NCBI GenBank assembly: GCA_963785985.1
Contig: CAWAXD010000024.1
Location: 263,052 to 327,051 of the forward strand
Source of the DNA: an uncultured delta proteobacterium
Lineage (GTDB): Bacteria; Myxococcota_A; UBA9160; SMWR01
Reading direction: 5' to 3'
DNA: 64,000 nucleotides
In this document: in pieces, positions 22,770 through 34,600 of the stretch
Numbering within the stretch: the stretch's first letter is position 1
Layout: each line of letters begins with the position of its first letter
Made by a program: the position numbers and the translations under genes
Notes under the pieces: generated by a model
Seen by the model: the letters and a program-made list of their open reading frames with translations, nothing else
Told to the model about the DNA's origin: nothing
The model's database searches: none

Positions 22770-22942
22770 GCGAGCGCACGCCTCTTTGGGATCGCGCGTC
22801 CCGTCGGTCACTCTAGTTCCCGGGCGAGGCCGCGCTCAAGCGCGGTCATGGAAAGCGAACACGTTCTCAAATCGTACGGCGCCGCCGAGCGCCGGAGTCG
22901 AGCCGGAGCGAAGCGCCGGTTTGCAAGTTTCCAGGTGCCGAA

Positions 22943-23018
22943 TGGTGGAGCCGAGCGGGATCGAACCGCCAACCTCTGCGTTGCGAACGCAGCGCTCTCC
23001 CAATTGAGCTACGGCCCC
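22943..23018 (-). tRNA. tRNA-Ala (anticodon CGC), CCA encoded
   Basis: The reverse complement GGGGCCGTAGCTCAATTGGGAGAGCGCTGCGTTCGCAACGCAGAGGTTGGCGGTTCGATCCCGCTCGGCTCCACCA folds as a cloverleaf. It has the G3:U70 Ala identity pair, anticodon loop TTCGCAA and T-loop GGTTCGATCC. Confidence 0.95.
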
Positions 23019-23173
23019 ATTCGACCACGGACCCATGGCGCTGCGGACCCAGGCCCGGGTGCCCGTAAGGAGGCCGAACGGTAAGGCGAGCCGCCAGGGG
23101 CGTCAAATCGCAAGCCGCCCCAGCCGGCAGATCGGGGTGGACGTCGCCGCGCTGACGATGCAGGCTAAGCCCA

Positions 23174-23620
23174 ATGACGATCGACATCCGCCGAATCCTC
23201 GTGCCCATCGACTTCTCCGAGCACGCCGAGTACGTGATCGAGTGGGCCAGCCACCTGGCGTCCGAGCACGCCAGCCACCTGGTCTTGCTGCACGTCTACC
23301 ATCTGCCCGTCGAGTTCCAGCAGCTCGAGGGCGCTTATCTGCCGCCGGACTTCTGGGCCAACGTCAAGAAAGAGGCGGAGCAGAGCCTGGCTCGCTACGT
23401 CGGCGAGCTGCGCGAGAAGGGCCTCGACGTCGAATCCGTCGTGCGCGAGGGCTACCCCGCGACGGTGATCGTCGACGAGGCCGAGACGCAGCGCGCAGAC
23501 CTGATCGTGATCGGCACGCACGGACTCTCCGGGCTCAAGCACCTGCTCCTCGGCAGCATCGCCGAGCGCGTCGTCCAGAAGGCGCCTTGCCCCGTGCTGG
23601 CGGTGAAGCGGCGAGCCTGA
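23174..23620 (+). CDS. Universal stress protein (UspA family)
   Basis: ILVPIDFSEHAE...LVLLHV...ADLIVIGTHGLSGLKHLLLGSIAERVVQKAPCPVLAV. Confidence 0.9.
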   Translation: MTIDIRRILVPIDFSEHAEYVIEWASHLASEHASHLVLLHVYHLPVEFQQLEGAYLPPDFWANVKKEAEQSLARYVGELREKGLDVESVVREGYPATVIVDEAETQRADLIVIGTHGLSGLKHLLLGSIAERVVQKAPCPVLAVKRRA

Positions 23621-23629
23621 GCCCGCCGG

Positions 23630-24667
23630 CTAGGCCAATCCCAGCGCGCGGTCCTGGGCCTCCGGGTCGGCGTCTTCGAACTGGATGATCCGCATCTCCT
23701 CGAAAGCGCCTCGCACGCGCGGCGTGAGCAGACCCAGACGCTTGATGTTCGGCACCACGCGCGCAAACAGCGCCTGGCGGAACATCTGCATGATCGGCGA
23801 GTCGAGAATGATGACGCGAACCTCGACGGGGTCGAAGCCGATCGCCTCGGCGATCTCCTCGCCGACGAGCCGATCGCGCATCAGCAGACACGCCTCGATC
23901 ACGAAATCCTCGCGGTCGGCGAGCTCGCTCGCGGGCATCTCCTGGTAGTAGCCCTTGAGCGAGAGCACGCCGAAGGCCACGTGGCGCGCCTCGTCGCGCA
24001 TCACGTAGTGGATCAGCTCCTTCACCAGCGGCTCTTCGGCGAGCTGGTGCAGGTTGGCGAACGCCGCCATGGCGAGTCCCTCGACGAGGATCTGCATGCC
24101 CAGGTATTTGAGGTCCCAGCGTGAATCCATCAGGATGATGTCGAGCAGCCGCTTCAGATTGGGATTGATCGGCCACTCCCATTCGAGCTTCTCGCGCACG
24201 TAGCGGCTGAACACCTCGACGTGTCGGGCCTCGTCCATCGTCTGCGAGGCGGCGTAGTACTTGGCGTCCGCCCACGGCACCGCGCCGACGAGCTGCGAGG
24301 CGGTGAGCAGGGCGCCCTGCTCGCCGTGCAGGAACTGCGAGAGCTGCCACGAGATCGTCGCGTGCCGGAAGTGCGCGACCTCCTTCGGCTGCATGCGCTT
24401 GAAGGGACCGTAGTCCTGGAGCGGGTTGAAGGCGGCGGGGATGATCTCGCTCTCGGGATCGACGGCCGTATCCCAGGCCAGCTGCTGGGTCCCGTTCCAC
24501 TGCTCGCGCTTGGCCTTCTCGTAGAGATCGCGCAGACCCTCCTTGAGCGAGCCGTAGTTCCAGACGTAGCTCGTGTCGAACGACGTCAGGATCGTCTCGA
24601 GCTCGTCCCGGACGGGGTCGCGTTCGGGGCTGACCGCTGCGCGAGCGGCGGCCGAGATTTTGGCCAT
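23630..24667 (-). CDS. Ferritin-like diiron-carboxylate protein (AurF/R2-like oxygenase fold), function unknown
   Basis: Four-helix diiron ligand pattern: ...FLHGEQGAL..., MDEARHVE, ILVEGLAMAAF and MRDEARHVAF (E, ExxH, E, ExxH). Confidence 0.65.
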   Translation of the reverse strand: MAKISAAARAAVSPERDPVRDELETILTSFDTSYVWNYGSLKEGLRDLYEKAKREQWNGTQQLAWDTAVDPESEIIPAAFNPLQDYGPFKRMQPKEVAHFRHATISWQLSQFLHGEQGALLTASQLVGAVPWADAKYYAASQTMDEARHVEVFSRYVREKLEWEWPINPNLKRLLDIILMDSRWDLKYLGMQILVEGLAMAAFANLHQLAEEPLVKELIHYVMRDEARHVAFGVLSLKGYYQEMPASELADREDFVIEACLLMRDRLVGEEIAEAIGFDPVEVRVIILDSPIMQMFRQALFARVVPNIKRLGLLTPRVRGAFEEMRIIQFEDADPEAQDRALGLA

Positions 24668-24769
24668 TGGGAAGGCTCCGGGCCGAGGCGGGGGGAATTC
24701 CCCTTGGCTTTCGGGCCTATCGGGTGCAATGGACCGGGACCTGAGCGTATAAGCGGCTCCCCGAGGGGA

Positions 24770-26392
24770 TCAGCGGTCCTGGCCGCCCGAGCGCTTGCCC
24801 AGCTCGCCGGCAGGATGCCGTGCGTGATAGTCCGCTTTCGTGAAGCCCCGCTCCTGCTCGAGCGCGGCGGACAGCGCCGCCAACACCATCACCTCGGCGG
24901 CGACGCTCGCGCGGGGTGCGAGTCCGAGACCGCCGCCCTCGCGGGCGACTCCGGCATCGAGCACGACGTCGGCGGCGCGAGCAAGCCAGGACCCCGTGCG
25001 TCCGGTCACCGCGAGCAGCTTCGCCCCCATGCGCCGGATCGCCTCGACCGCGGGCCGCAGCTCCGCCGTCTCACCGCTGTTGCTGATGGCGATCACGACG
25101 TCGCCCTCGACGATCTGGCCCGCGCTCCCGTGCACGACCTCGGTCGCGTGTAGGAACGTCGCAGGCGTGCCCGTCGAGGAAAGCAACGACGCCGCGTAGC
25201 GCGCGATGTGCTCGGGTTTTCCGACTCCGGTCACGTGCACGCGACCGCCCCCTGCCGCAGCCGTACGGATCGTCGCCAGCGCCGCCTCGAACGGACCGCT
25301 TGCGAGCCGCGCCCGCAGCGCAGCGAGCTCGACCAGCGCGACGTCGAGCGCCTCGAGCGCGTGCTCGGCGGGCGCGGTTCCGGCGCCGGGCGCCGGCGCA
25401 GCGAGCGCCAGCGGCGGTCCGTCATAGAGCTCGAGCACGCGGGCCCGCGCGCGCACCGGATCGTCTGGAAAGGCACCGAGCTTCTCGACGCAAGCCGCGC
25501 CGCAGGCGTTCGCGAGCCGGCCCGCGGCTTCCCAGGCGAGGCCGTGATGCAGCGCGACGAGCAGACCCGCGAGAAAGGCGTCCCCGGCGCCGGTCGTGTC
25601 GACGACCTTCACCGCGCGCGCCCGCACGAAGCCCTCGAAACCCGGCGCCGCGATGGCGCAGCCCGACTCGCCGTCGGTCACGACGACCGCCCCGCAGCCG
25701 AAGCGCGTGCGCAGCGCGCGGGCCATCGCGAGCGGGTCCCCGCCGGCGCCCGGCGCCAGCTCGCGCGCGGCGGCCTTCGCAGGCTTGAGCAGATCGGCGT
25801 TTCGCAGAATCGTGTCGAGCGTCGCCGCGTCGCCGAGCGCGGGGACGGCTTCGGAGGGCGGCACGTCGAGATCGACCACCGTGGGGATGCCCGCGGCGCG
25901 CGCAATCTCGAGCGTGGCGAGCGCGGCGGCGAGCGGCAGCTGCGAAACCTCGGTCGTCACGCGCGACGCGCGGCGGATGAAGTCGCTGTGGTGCGTTCGC
26001 ACGTGCTCGGCGCTCGTCTCCGCGGTGGCGCCGGGCGCCATGTAGATGGCGCGGGCTCCCGCGTCGTCGACGAAGATCTCGGCGAGCGAAGTCGCGGACC
26101 CGTCGAGCACGAGCTGGCGCTCGATCCCGAGCGCATCCATCGCCGCGCGCAGGAAGCGGCCCGCTTCGTCATCCGCCTGCTTGCCGAAGATGCCTGCCCG
26201 CAGCCCGAGCGCGGCCGCCCAGCCGAGGTGGTTGAGCACGACGCCGCCGACGCAGGCGCGCACGGGGCCCGCACCGGCAACGTCGCGCAGGATCGCCTTC
26301 GCGTCGGCCGGCAGGATGCGCGGCGTGCGATGGACGCGATCGACGACCATGCTGCCGATGCCGGCGACGTCGAGTGACTTGCGTTTGCTCAC
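24770..26392 (-). CDS. Fusion protein: PfkB-family sugar(-acid) kinase (N-terminal) plus KpsF/GutQ-type SIS sugar-phosphate isomerase domain (C-terminal)
   Basis: GTG at 26392. Kinase part: GIGSMVVDRV...GGVVLN...VVDTTGAGDAFLAGLL (PfkB signature). SIS part: RVHVTGVGKPEHIARYAASLLSSTGTPATFLHATEVVHGSAGQI..GDVVIAISNSGET...LAPRASVAAEVMVLAALSAA...HPAGELGKR. Confidence 0.8.
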   Translation of the reverse strand: MSKRKSLDVAGIGSMVVDRVHRTPRILPADAKAILRDVAGAGPVRACVGGVVLNHLGWAAALGLRAGIFGKQADDEAGRFLRAAMDALGIERQLVLDGSATSLAEIFVDDAGARAIYMAPGATAETSAEHVRTHHSDFIRRASRVTTEVSQLPLAAALATLEIARAAGIPTVVDLDVPPSEAVPALGDAATLDTILRNADLLKPAKAAARELAPGAGGDPLAMARALRTRFGCGAVVVTDGESGCAIAAPGFEGFVRARAVKVVDTTGAGDAFLAGLLVALHHGLAWEAAGRLANACGAACVEKLGAFPDDPVRARARVLELYDGPPLALAAPAPGAGTAPAEHALEALDVALVELAALRARLASGPFEAALATIRTAAAGGGRVHVTGVGKPEHIARYAASLLSSTGTPATFLHATEVVHGSAGQIVEGDVVIAISNSGETAELRPAVEAIRRMGAKLLAVTGRTGSWLARAADVVLDAGVAREGGGLGLAPRASVAAEVMVLAALSAALEQERGFTKADYHARHPAGELGKRSGGQDR

Positions 26393-26399
26393 GCGCGCT

Positions 26400-27524
26400 T
26401 CACAGCCGGCTTCCGGGCCGGGCCACGTCGAGCTCGCTCGGCGGCAGCGACATCCACGGCTCGCCGATCGTCTCCTGGATCTGGCTGCGCAGCGCTGCGA
26501 AGGCCGCGTCGAAGCGTGCGGCGGCATCCGGCGCGAGCGCCGGGGTGCCCGTGGCAACCGCCGCGCTGCGGACCACGCCCAGCGCGAGCAAGGCCCGCTT
26601 GAGGCAGGCGATCGTGTGCTTCGGGCCCGCTGCGTGCGTCGCCGCGCGGAAGCCCTCCAGCACCCTGCGCACCTGCTCCATGCGCTCCGCGTCGCCCGCG
26701 CGGCAGACCTGCCAGGCGCGCGCCCACTCCCGGGGCAGCGCGTTGGCCGGGCCCGCGACCACGCCGATCGGAAGTCCGCCGCGCAGCCGGTAGCGGTTCC
26801 AGTGCTCCTCGATCACGCCGAGCCAGCCGCTGTGCGGGCGGAACAGCTCGAAGATCAACATCGCGTTGCCGACGTAGATGCCGAAATCGCCGCGCTCGCG
26901 GAAGCCCGCCGCGGCCTGCGTGTAGTTGCCGAGCACGCGGCGCGGCGCCGAGACCTTGATCCCGCGCACGAAATCCAGGCGCGAGAGCGCCTTCACCTGG
27001 CGCGTGCGGATGTGGGGAATCTTGGGATCGACGGCGATGTCGGCATTGTCGTATAAGTACACCGGAATGCGTCGTTCGCGACAGTCGAGCAGGTCGGCCA
27101 CGTCGCGCGCCACGAAGCGCACCGGATCGTCGATGCCGCGGATCGAGAGCGGCGCCAGCACGGCGGCGTCCGCGCCGTGCGCGATCGCGAAGTCGAGATT
27201 CTCGAGGGTCTCGCGCGCCGTCGGCGCCGTCACCCCGGCCCAGGCCTCGACGCTGCGACCGAGGTTCTGCCCGAGCTGGGAGTTCACCTTGGCGACTTCT
27301 TCGGCGCAGATCTGGACGACGCGCTGGCGCACGGCGTTGGGCACGCGATCCCACTCGCCGGTGGTACCGGCGGCGAAGATCACGTCGGCGCCGTGGCCCA
27401 GCTGGATCACGTAGCGAACCAGCGCGCGTTGATCGTCGTCGATCAACGCGCCGTCCGCGTCCAGCACGCTAACCACGGGCACCGAGAGACCCGGGCGCGG
27501 ATGTGTCTCCTCGACCGACCTCAC
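26400..27524 (-). CDS. DHDPS/N-acetylneuraminate-lyase-family class I aldolase (not the housekeeping DapA)
   Basis: AAGTTGEW (the GTTGE motif), PVYLYDNADIA and RGIKVS (Schiff-base Lys context). At 374 aa it is longer than DapA, and the true dapA is at 14574. Confidence 0.75.
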   Translation of the reverse strand: MRSVEETHPRPGLSVPVVSVLDADGALIDDDQRALVRYVIQLGHGADVIFAAGTTGEWDRVPNAVRQRVVQICAEEVAKVNSQLGQNLGRSVEAWAGVTAPTARETLENLDFAIAHGADAAVLAPLSIRGIDDPVRFVARDVADLLDCRERRIPVYLYDNADIAVDPKIPHIRTRQVKALSRLDFVRGIKVSAPRRVLGNYTQAAAGFRERGDFGIYVGNAMLIFELFRPHSGWLGVIEEHWNRYRLRGGLPIGVVAGPANALPREWARAWQVCRAGDAERMEQVRRVLEGFRAATHAAGPKHTIACLKRALLALGVVRSAAVATGTPALAPDAAARFDAAFAALRSQIQETIGEPWMSLPPSELDVARPGSRL

Positions 27525-27540
27525 GAGGGCCGAATGTGCC

Positions 27541-28158
27541 TCAGATCGTCTCGAAGAAGTAGGTCATCTTCACCTGCAGCGCGGTCGCGAGCTTGTGCAA
27601 CGTCGACATCGACGCGGCGCTCTTGCCCAGCTCGATCTGTGAGATCAGGCTCACCGACAGGCCCGTGCGGTTGGCGAGCTGCTTGAGCGTGAGCTCTCCC
27701 AGCGTGCGGCGCTCGCGCAGCCGGCGGCCGAGCACCTGGTTGAGCCGGCTCTCGAGATCGACGAGCAGACCCTTCTCGCGCACCGCCGCGCCGATCACCG
27801 CGCGCAACTCTTCCATTTCCAAGGGCTTTTGCAGGTAGTCGAAGGCCTGGATCTTGAGCGTGCGCACGGCGGCCGCGACCGTCGGCATGGCCGTCATCGC
27901 GACGACGCAGATGTCGGAATCCGCATGCCGGATGCGCTGCAGGAGCTCGATGCCCCAGTCTTCCGGGGGCGAAACGTCGAGCAGGACGAGCTGGAACCTG
28001 CCCTTCTTGATCTCCTCCACCACCTGCTCGGGCTCGGAGAGGGCGAACGCCTGGTAGCCCTCCTCGTTGAGAAAGTCCTTGAGCTCGATGTTCGTCGCTT
28101 CGTCGCGGTCCACCACGAGCACATTGAGACGCTGCTTGCTGGCCATCGATGCCTCCAT
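27541..28158 (-). CDS. Response regulator with a receiver domain fused to an XRE-family HTH
   Basis: REC: LNVLVVDRDE...FQLVLLDVSPP...VVAMTAM...DYLQKPL. HTH_XRE: LGELTLKQLANRTGLSVSLISQIELGKSAASMSTLHKLATALQV. Confidence 0.82.
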   Translation of the reverse strand: MEASMASKQRLNVLVVDRDEATNIELKDFLNEEGYQAFALSEPEQVVEEIKKGRFQLVLLDVSPPEDWGIELLQRIRHADSDICVVAMTAMPTVAAAVRTLKIQAFDYLQKPLEMEELRAVIGAAVREKGLLVDLESRLNQVLGRRLRERRTLGELTLKQLANRTGLSVSLISQIELGKSAASMSTLHKLATALQVKMTYFFETI

Positions 28159-30462
28159 CGAGAGGTAGGCCCACGCTCGAAGTGCCCCGTTTCGTTCGGG
28201 AAACCGTCGTGGGTCGGGTCGCTGGAGAGCTGTTCGGTATGCCTGGCGTTTTACATGAGCCCTGAATTGCAGCCCGCATCGAAATCAGCGCGGATCTGCG
28301 CGGCGGCTAATCCGGCCCCGGCCAGGGCGGCATCCAGTCGGCCATCTCGCCCTCGGTGTCGAGCAGCGACCTGCCCTCGCGATCGACCACCACGACCCGG
28401 TCGCCCTTCAGGTCGGACCTGCCGGGCGCGTAGGGCTGCACCTGGACGACGATGCGTTCGCCGTTCGGCGACCAGCGCGGCGCCGACTCTTCGCGGTCCG
28501 GCGAGCGCGTGAGGTTGCGCGCCGTCCCGCCCGCGAGGTCCATCAGGAACAGGTCCGGGCTGCCGTCGCGGTCCGAGATGAAGGCGACCTCGTCGCGAGT
28601 CGGCGAGGGACGGGCCGCTTCTTCGTTCGCCTTGGGATCTGCGGCAAGCGGCCTCGAGTCGCTGCCGTCGGGCCGCGTGAGGAACACGTCGCCAGGGCCC
28701 GACGCGGTCGCGCGCCCCGTGTAGACGATCCAGGCGCCGTCGCGGGTGAAGTGCGCCTTGTCCGCGAAGCGCGGGAACTTGCCGGGCAAGGGGCGCGGCG
28801 CCCGGCCCGGCTCGAGCAGCCAGAGATCGAAGAAAGAGTCGAGAGATTCGCCGCGGCGCTGCGCGAGGATGCTCCGCCCATCCGGCGCATACTCGGGACG
28901 GAAGAACGCGAAGGGACCCGCATTGGGGCCCGGGACGCTACGCCGCCCGCTGGCGACCTCCACCTCTGCGATCCCGCTCTTCGCACCCGCCCCACGCAAC
29001 GACACGAACGCGTAGGCCACGCGCTTCCCGTCCGGCGACCAGACCGCCCATTGCTCGCGCCACGCGCGCGGCGCGACGAGCGGTCGAACGCGCCCGCTCG
29101 CCGGATCGAGCAGCATCAGGATCGCCGCCCCGATCGCGTCCGTGCGCCCGACCTGGAACAGGAGCTTGCCCGCGGCGGACGACCAGAGGGGCCACACCTC
29201 CTCCTGCCCGGGCTTTTCGAGCAGCGGACGCACGGCCTTGTCGGACAGGCGCGCGCGCCAGAGCTCGCTGCCTCGCGGCGTATCGCGCACGAGCACGAGG
29301 CCGTCGGACGCCTCGCCCGCGAGTCGCACCGCGGTGCCGGCTGGGCCCGGCGGCGGCGGCGCCGCTGCATGCAGCCCCGCCCGCCACAGGAACTCGCAGC
29401 GCTCGACGAACACGCCCTCGATCTCGGCCAGCTCGATCGGACGCACGTAGCAGGCGTGGGGCACGACGAAGCGGCACGCGATCACCGCGAAGGCCGCGCA
29501 CAGGGAGAGCGTCACGATCTCGCGCCGCGGCCGCGCCGCGCTCCAGACACCGGCCGACAGCGCAACTGGGATCGCGAGCAGCGAGAGCCCGCGCAGCGGC
29601 GTCACCAGTGTGCGTATGCCGAAGGGCGCGAGCCAGAAATTGGTCGCCCAGAGCGCCACGAGGGCCAGCGCGAACCACGCCAGCGGGCGCGACCGCTGCC
29701 AGGTGGCGCGCGCGCCGAGCGCGGCCGCGAACAACGCCACGGGACCCGCGAGCGGCACGAGCCAGGGCCAGTCCGCGGAGAGCAGCTCCTCGTTCAGCGA
29801 GCGTGAATAGCCGCCCGCTGCGAAGAGCAGCGCCTGCGCGGGGGTGCAGCCCGCGCCGAGATGGGCGATCAGCAAGGGCAGCACGCCGAGACTGCCCACG
29901 CCGAGCGCGGCCAGCGCGCGCACGTCGCGCCGCGCCAGGGCCAGGACGCCGGCCGTCAGGCCGAAGAGCAGCGCCGCCGCCGTGTGTACGTAGAAGCAGG
30001 CTGCGAGCGCCGCCGCGAGGGCGACGTAGCGCCCCCGCCAAAGGAAGCCGAGACCGAAGAGCAGGATCCCGTAGCCGGCGGCCTCGACGCGCGGCACGCA
30101 CCACGAGAGCGAGAGCAGAAAGGGGGTCAGCGCGAAGATCGCGGTGCTCGCATCCGGCAGTCCGGCAGCGCGCGCGAAGCTGCGGAAGCCCGCGATCAGC
30201 AGCAGCGCCGCGCCGAATGCGAAGACCTTGGTGTAGAGCTCGAAGCCGAGCGCGGGAGTCAGCGCCGCGCCGAGCCAGTGATAGGCAGGCGCGTATGGAT
30301 TGTAGAGACCGGGGCTCGTGGCCACGGCCTGGACCAGGCGCAGGTGCGGGACGAGATCGCCGCCACCCCACAGGCCGTCGCGCCCGAAGACGAGCCAGGC
30401 GTGCAGCAGCACGGCCAGGCCGATGCAGCCCCACGCGAGCGGCGCGCTCGAAGGCCTGCCGC

Positions 30463-32795
<2,333 letters not shown>

Positions 32796-33581
32796 TCAGG
32801 CGAGCTTGGGAACGACCTGAAGCGCTCCGTCCGTGGCTTCGAGGATCTCCGTCTCGACGTCGAAGATCGCTCGCATGTTCTCGGGCGTCAGCACCTCTCG
32901 CGGGGTGCCCAGCGCGCGCAGCTCGCCGCCGCGCAGCAGCGCGATGCGGTCGCCGCTGCGCGCCGCGAGCCCGAGATCGTGCGAGACGACGAGCGCGCTG
33001 CGGCCCTCGCGGACCAGCTCGCGCACGAGCGCCGCCACGCGCACGCGGTGGCGCAGATCGAGGTGCGCCGTCGGCTCGTCGAGCAGCAGCACGCGCGCGT
33101 CCTGCGCGAGGGCGCGCGCCAGCAACACGAGCTGACGCTCGCCTCCCGACAGCTCCAGCACCGAGCGATCGGCCAGCGACTCGATGCCGGTGCGGCGCAT
33201 GGCGTCGCGCGCGCGCTCGAGGTCGTCGCGCGTCTCGAAGCCGAGCGTGCCGAGATGCGGCGAGCGGCCCATCAGCACGATCTCCCCCACCCGGAAAGGG
33301 AACGCGATCGTCGCATCCTGGGGCACGACGGCGAGCAGGCAGGCGAGCTCGCGCCGCGAGTACGCGGCGAGCGGGCGTCCGAGCAGGCTCAGCGAGCCCG
33401 CCGTCGGGCGCAGCACGCGCGAAGCGACACGGAACAGGGTCGTCTTGCCCGCGCCATTCGGGCCGGCGAGCGTCAGCACCTCGCCGGCATGCAGCGTGAG
33501 CGTGACGCCGCGCAGGATCTCCCGCCCGCCGGCGGCGGCGCTCACGCCCGCGAAGCTGAGGACGGCTTCGCCCGCGCTCAC
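32796..33581 (-). CDS. ABC transporter ATP-binding protein (FecE/HmuV/BtuD type)
   Basis: GTG at 33581 (GTGA overlap). Walker A GPNGAGKTT, signature LSGGERQ and Walker B LLLDEPTAHLD. Confidence 0.88.
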   Translation of the reverse strand: MSAGEAVLSFAGVSAAAGGREILRGVTLTLHAGEVLTLAGPNGAGKTTLFRVASRVLRPTAGSLSLLGRPLAAYSRRELACLLAVVPQDATIAFPFRVGEIVLMGRSPHLGTLGFETRDDLERARDAMRRTGIESLADRSVLELSGGERQLVLLARALAQDARVLLLDEPTAHLDLRHRVRVAALVRELVREGRSALVVSHDLGLAARSGDRIALLRGGELRALGTPREVLTPENMRAIFDVETEILEATDGALQVVPKLA

Positions 33582-34600
33582 GGCGCGAAGAGCCGCTGCT
33601 GGTGCCGGCGCAGCAGCCACAGGAAGATCGGCCCGCCGGCGAGCGAGGTGAGCGCGCCGACCGGCAGCTCGCGGCCGCCGAGCAGCGTGCGCGCCGCCGT
33701 GTCGCACAGCAGCAGGAAGGCGGCGCCGGCGAGCGCCGACGCGGGCACCAGCAACCGGTGGTCGGGACCGATCAGCAAGCGCAGCAGGTGGGGAATGATG
33801 AGGCCCACGAAGCCGACGAGACCCGCCACCGAGACGGCGGCGCCCACCATCAGCGAGGCCGCCACGAGCAGCACGCGCTGGACGCGCGCGACGTCGACGC
33901 CGAGTTGCTGCGCCGGCTCCTCGCCGAGCGCCAGCAGATTCAGGCTGCGCGCGAGCGGGAGCGCGCAGGCGAGGCCCGCGAACAGGAAGAGCGCCACCCA
34001 GCCTGCGATGTCGGCCCGCACGGTCGAGAAGCTCCCGATCAGCCACAGGAAGACGCCGGCACCTTCGGTCAGACCCGCGAACGACGCGAGGAACACGATG
34101 CCGGCGGAGGCGAAGGCGTTGAAGACGACGCCGGTGAGCAGGAGGCTCGTCGCCGAGGTGCGGCCGCGCGCGCCGGAGACGATCCCGAGCAGCAGCGTCG
34201 TCGCCACGGCGCCGGCGAAGGCTGCGGGCGGAACCGCGGCGTGCGACAGACCCACGCTCGAGCCGAGCGCGAGCACGGCGATCCCGCCTAGCGCGGCGCC
34301 GCCGGAGACGCCGAGCACGAACGGATCGGCGAGGGGGTTGCGCAGCAGCGCCTGGAACAGCACGCCGGCAACGGAGAGAGAGGCGCCGACCAGCAGCGCG
34401 AGCACGACGCGCGGGAGTCGCACGCGCAGCACGATGTCGGCGGCGGGGCCCTGCGAGTCGGGCGCGAGCAGCGCCGTCACCACCTCGCGCAGCGAGAGCG
34501 CGCTCGGGCCGGCCGCCAGTCCGATCACGACGGCGCCGAGCACCGCGAGCCCGAGCAGCGCGAGCACGCTCGCGGCGCGACGCGCGGTGAGCACCTTCAC
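33578..34600 (-). CDS. FecCD-family ABC transporter permease (iron-complex/cobalamin type)
   Basis: GTG at 34600. ...RLPRVVLALLVGASLSVAGVLFQALLRNPLADPFVLGVSGGAALG...LVGFVGLIIPHLLRLL. Confidence 0.88.
   Translation of the reverse strand: MKVLTARRAASVLALLGLAVLGAVVIGLAAGPSALSLREVVTALLAPDSQGPAADIVLRVRLPRVVLALLVGASLSVAGVLFQALLRNPLADPFVLGVSGGAALGGIAVLALGSSVGLSHAAVPPAAFAGAVATTLLLGIVSGARGRTSATSLLLTGVVFNAFASAGIVFLASFAGLTEGAGVFLWLIGSFSTVRADIAGWVALFLFAGLACALPLARSLNLLALGEEPAQQLGVDVARVQRVLLVAASLMVGAAVSVAGLVGFVGLIIPHLLRLLIGPDHRLLVPASALAGAAFLLLCDTAARTLLGGRELPVGALTSLAGGPIFLWLLRRHQQRLFAP

Noticed and set aside
22812-28300. Genomic island integrated at tRNA-Ala
   Set aside because: There is no integrase, no direct repeat of the tRNA 3' end and no compositional break visible by eye. 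The flanking genes look like ordinary chromosomal metabolism and regulation.
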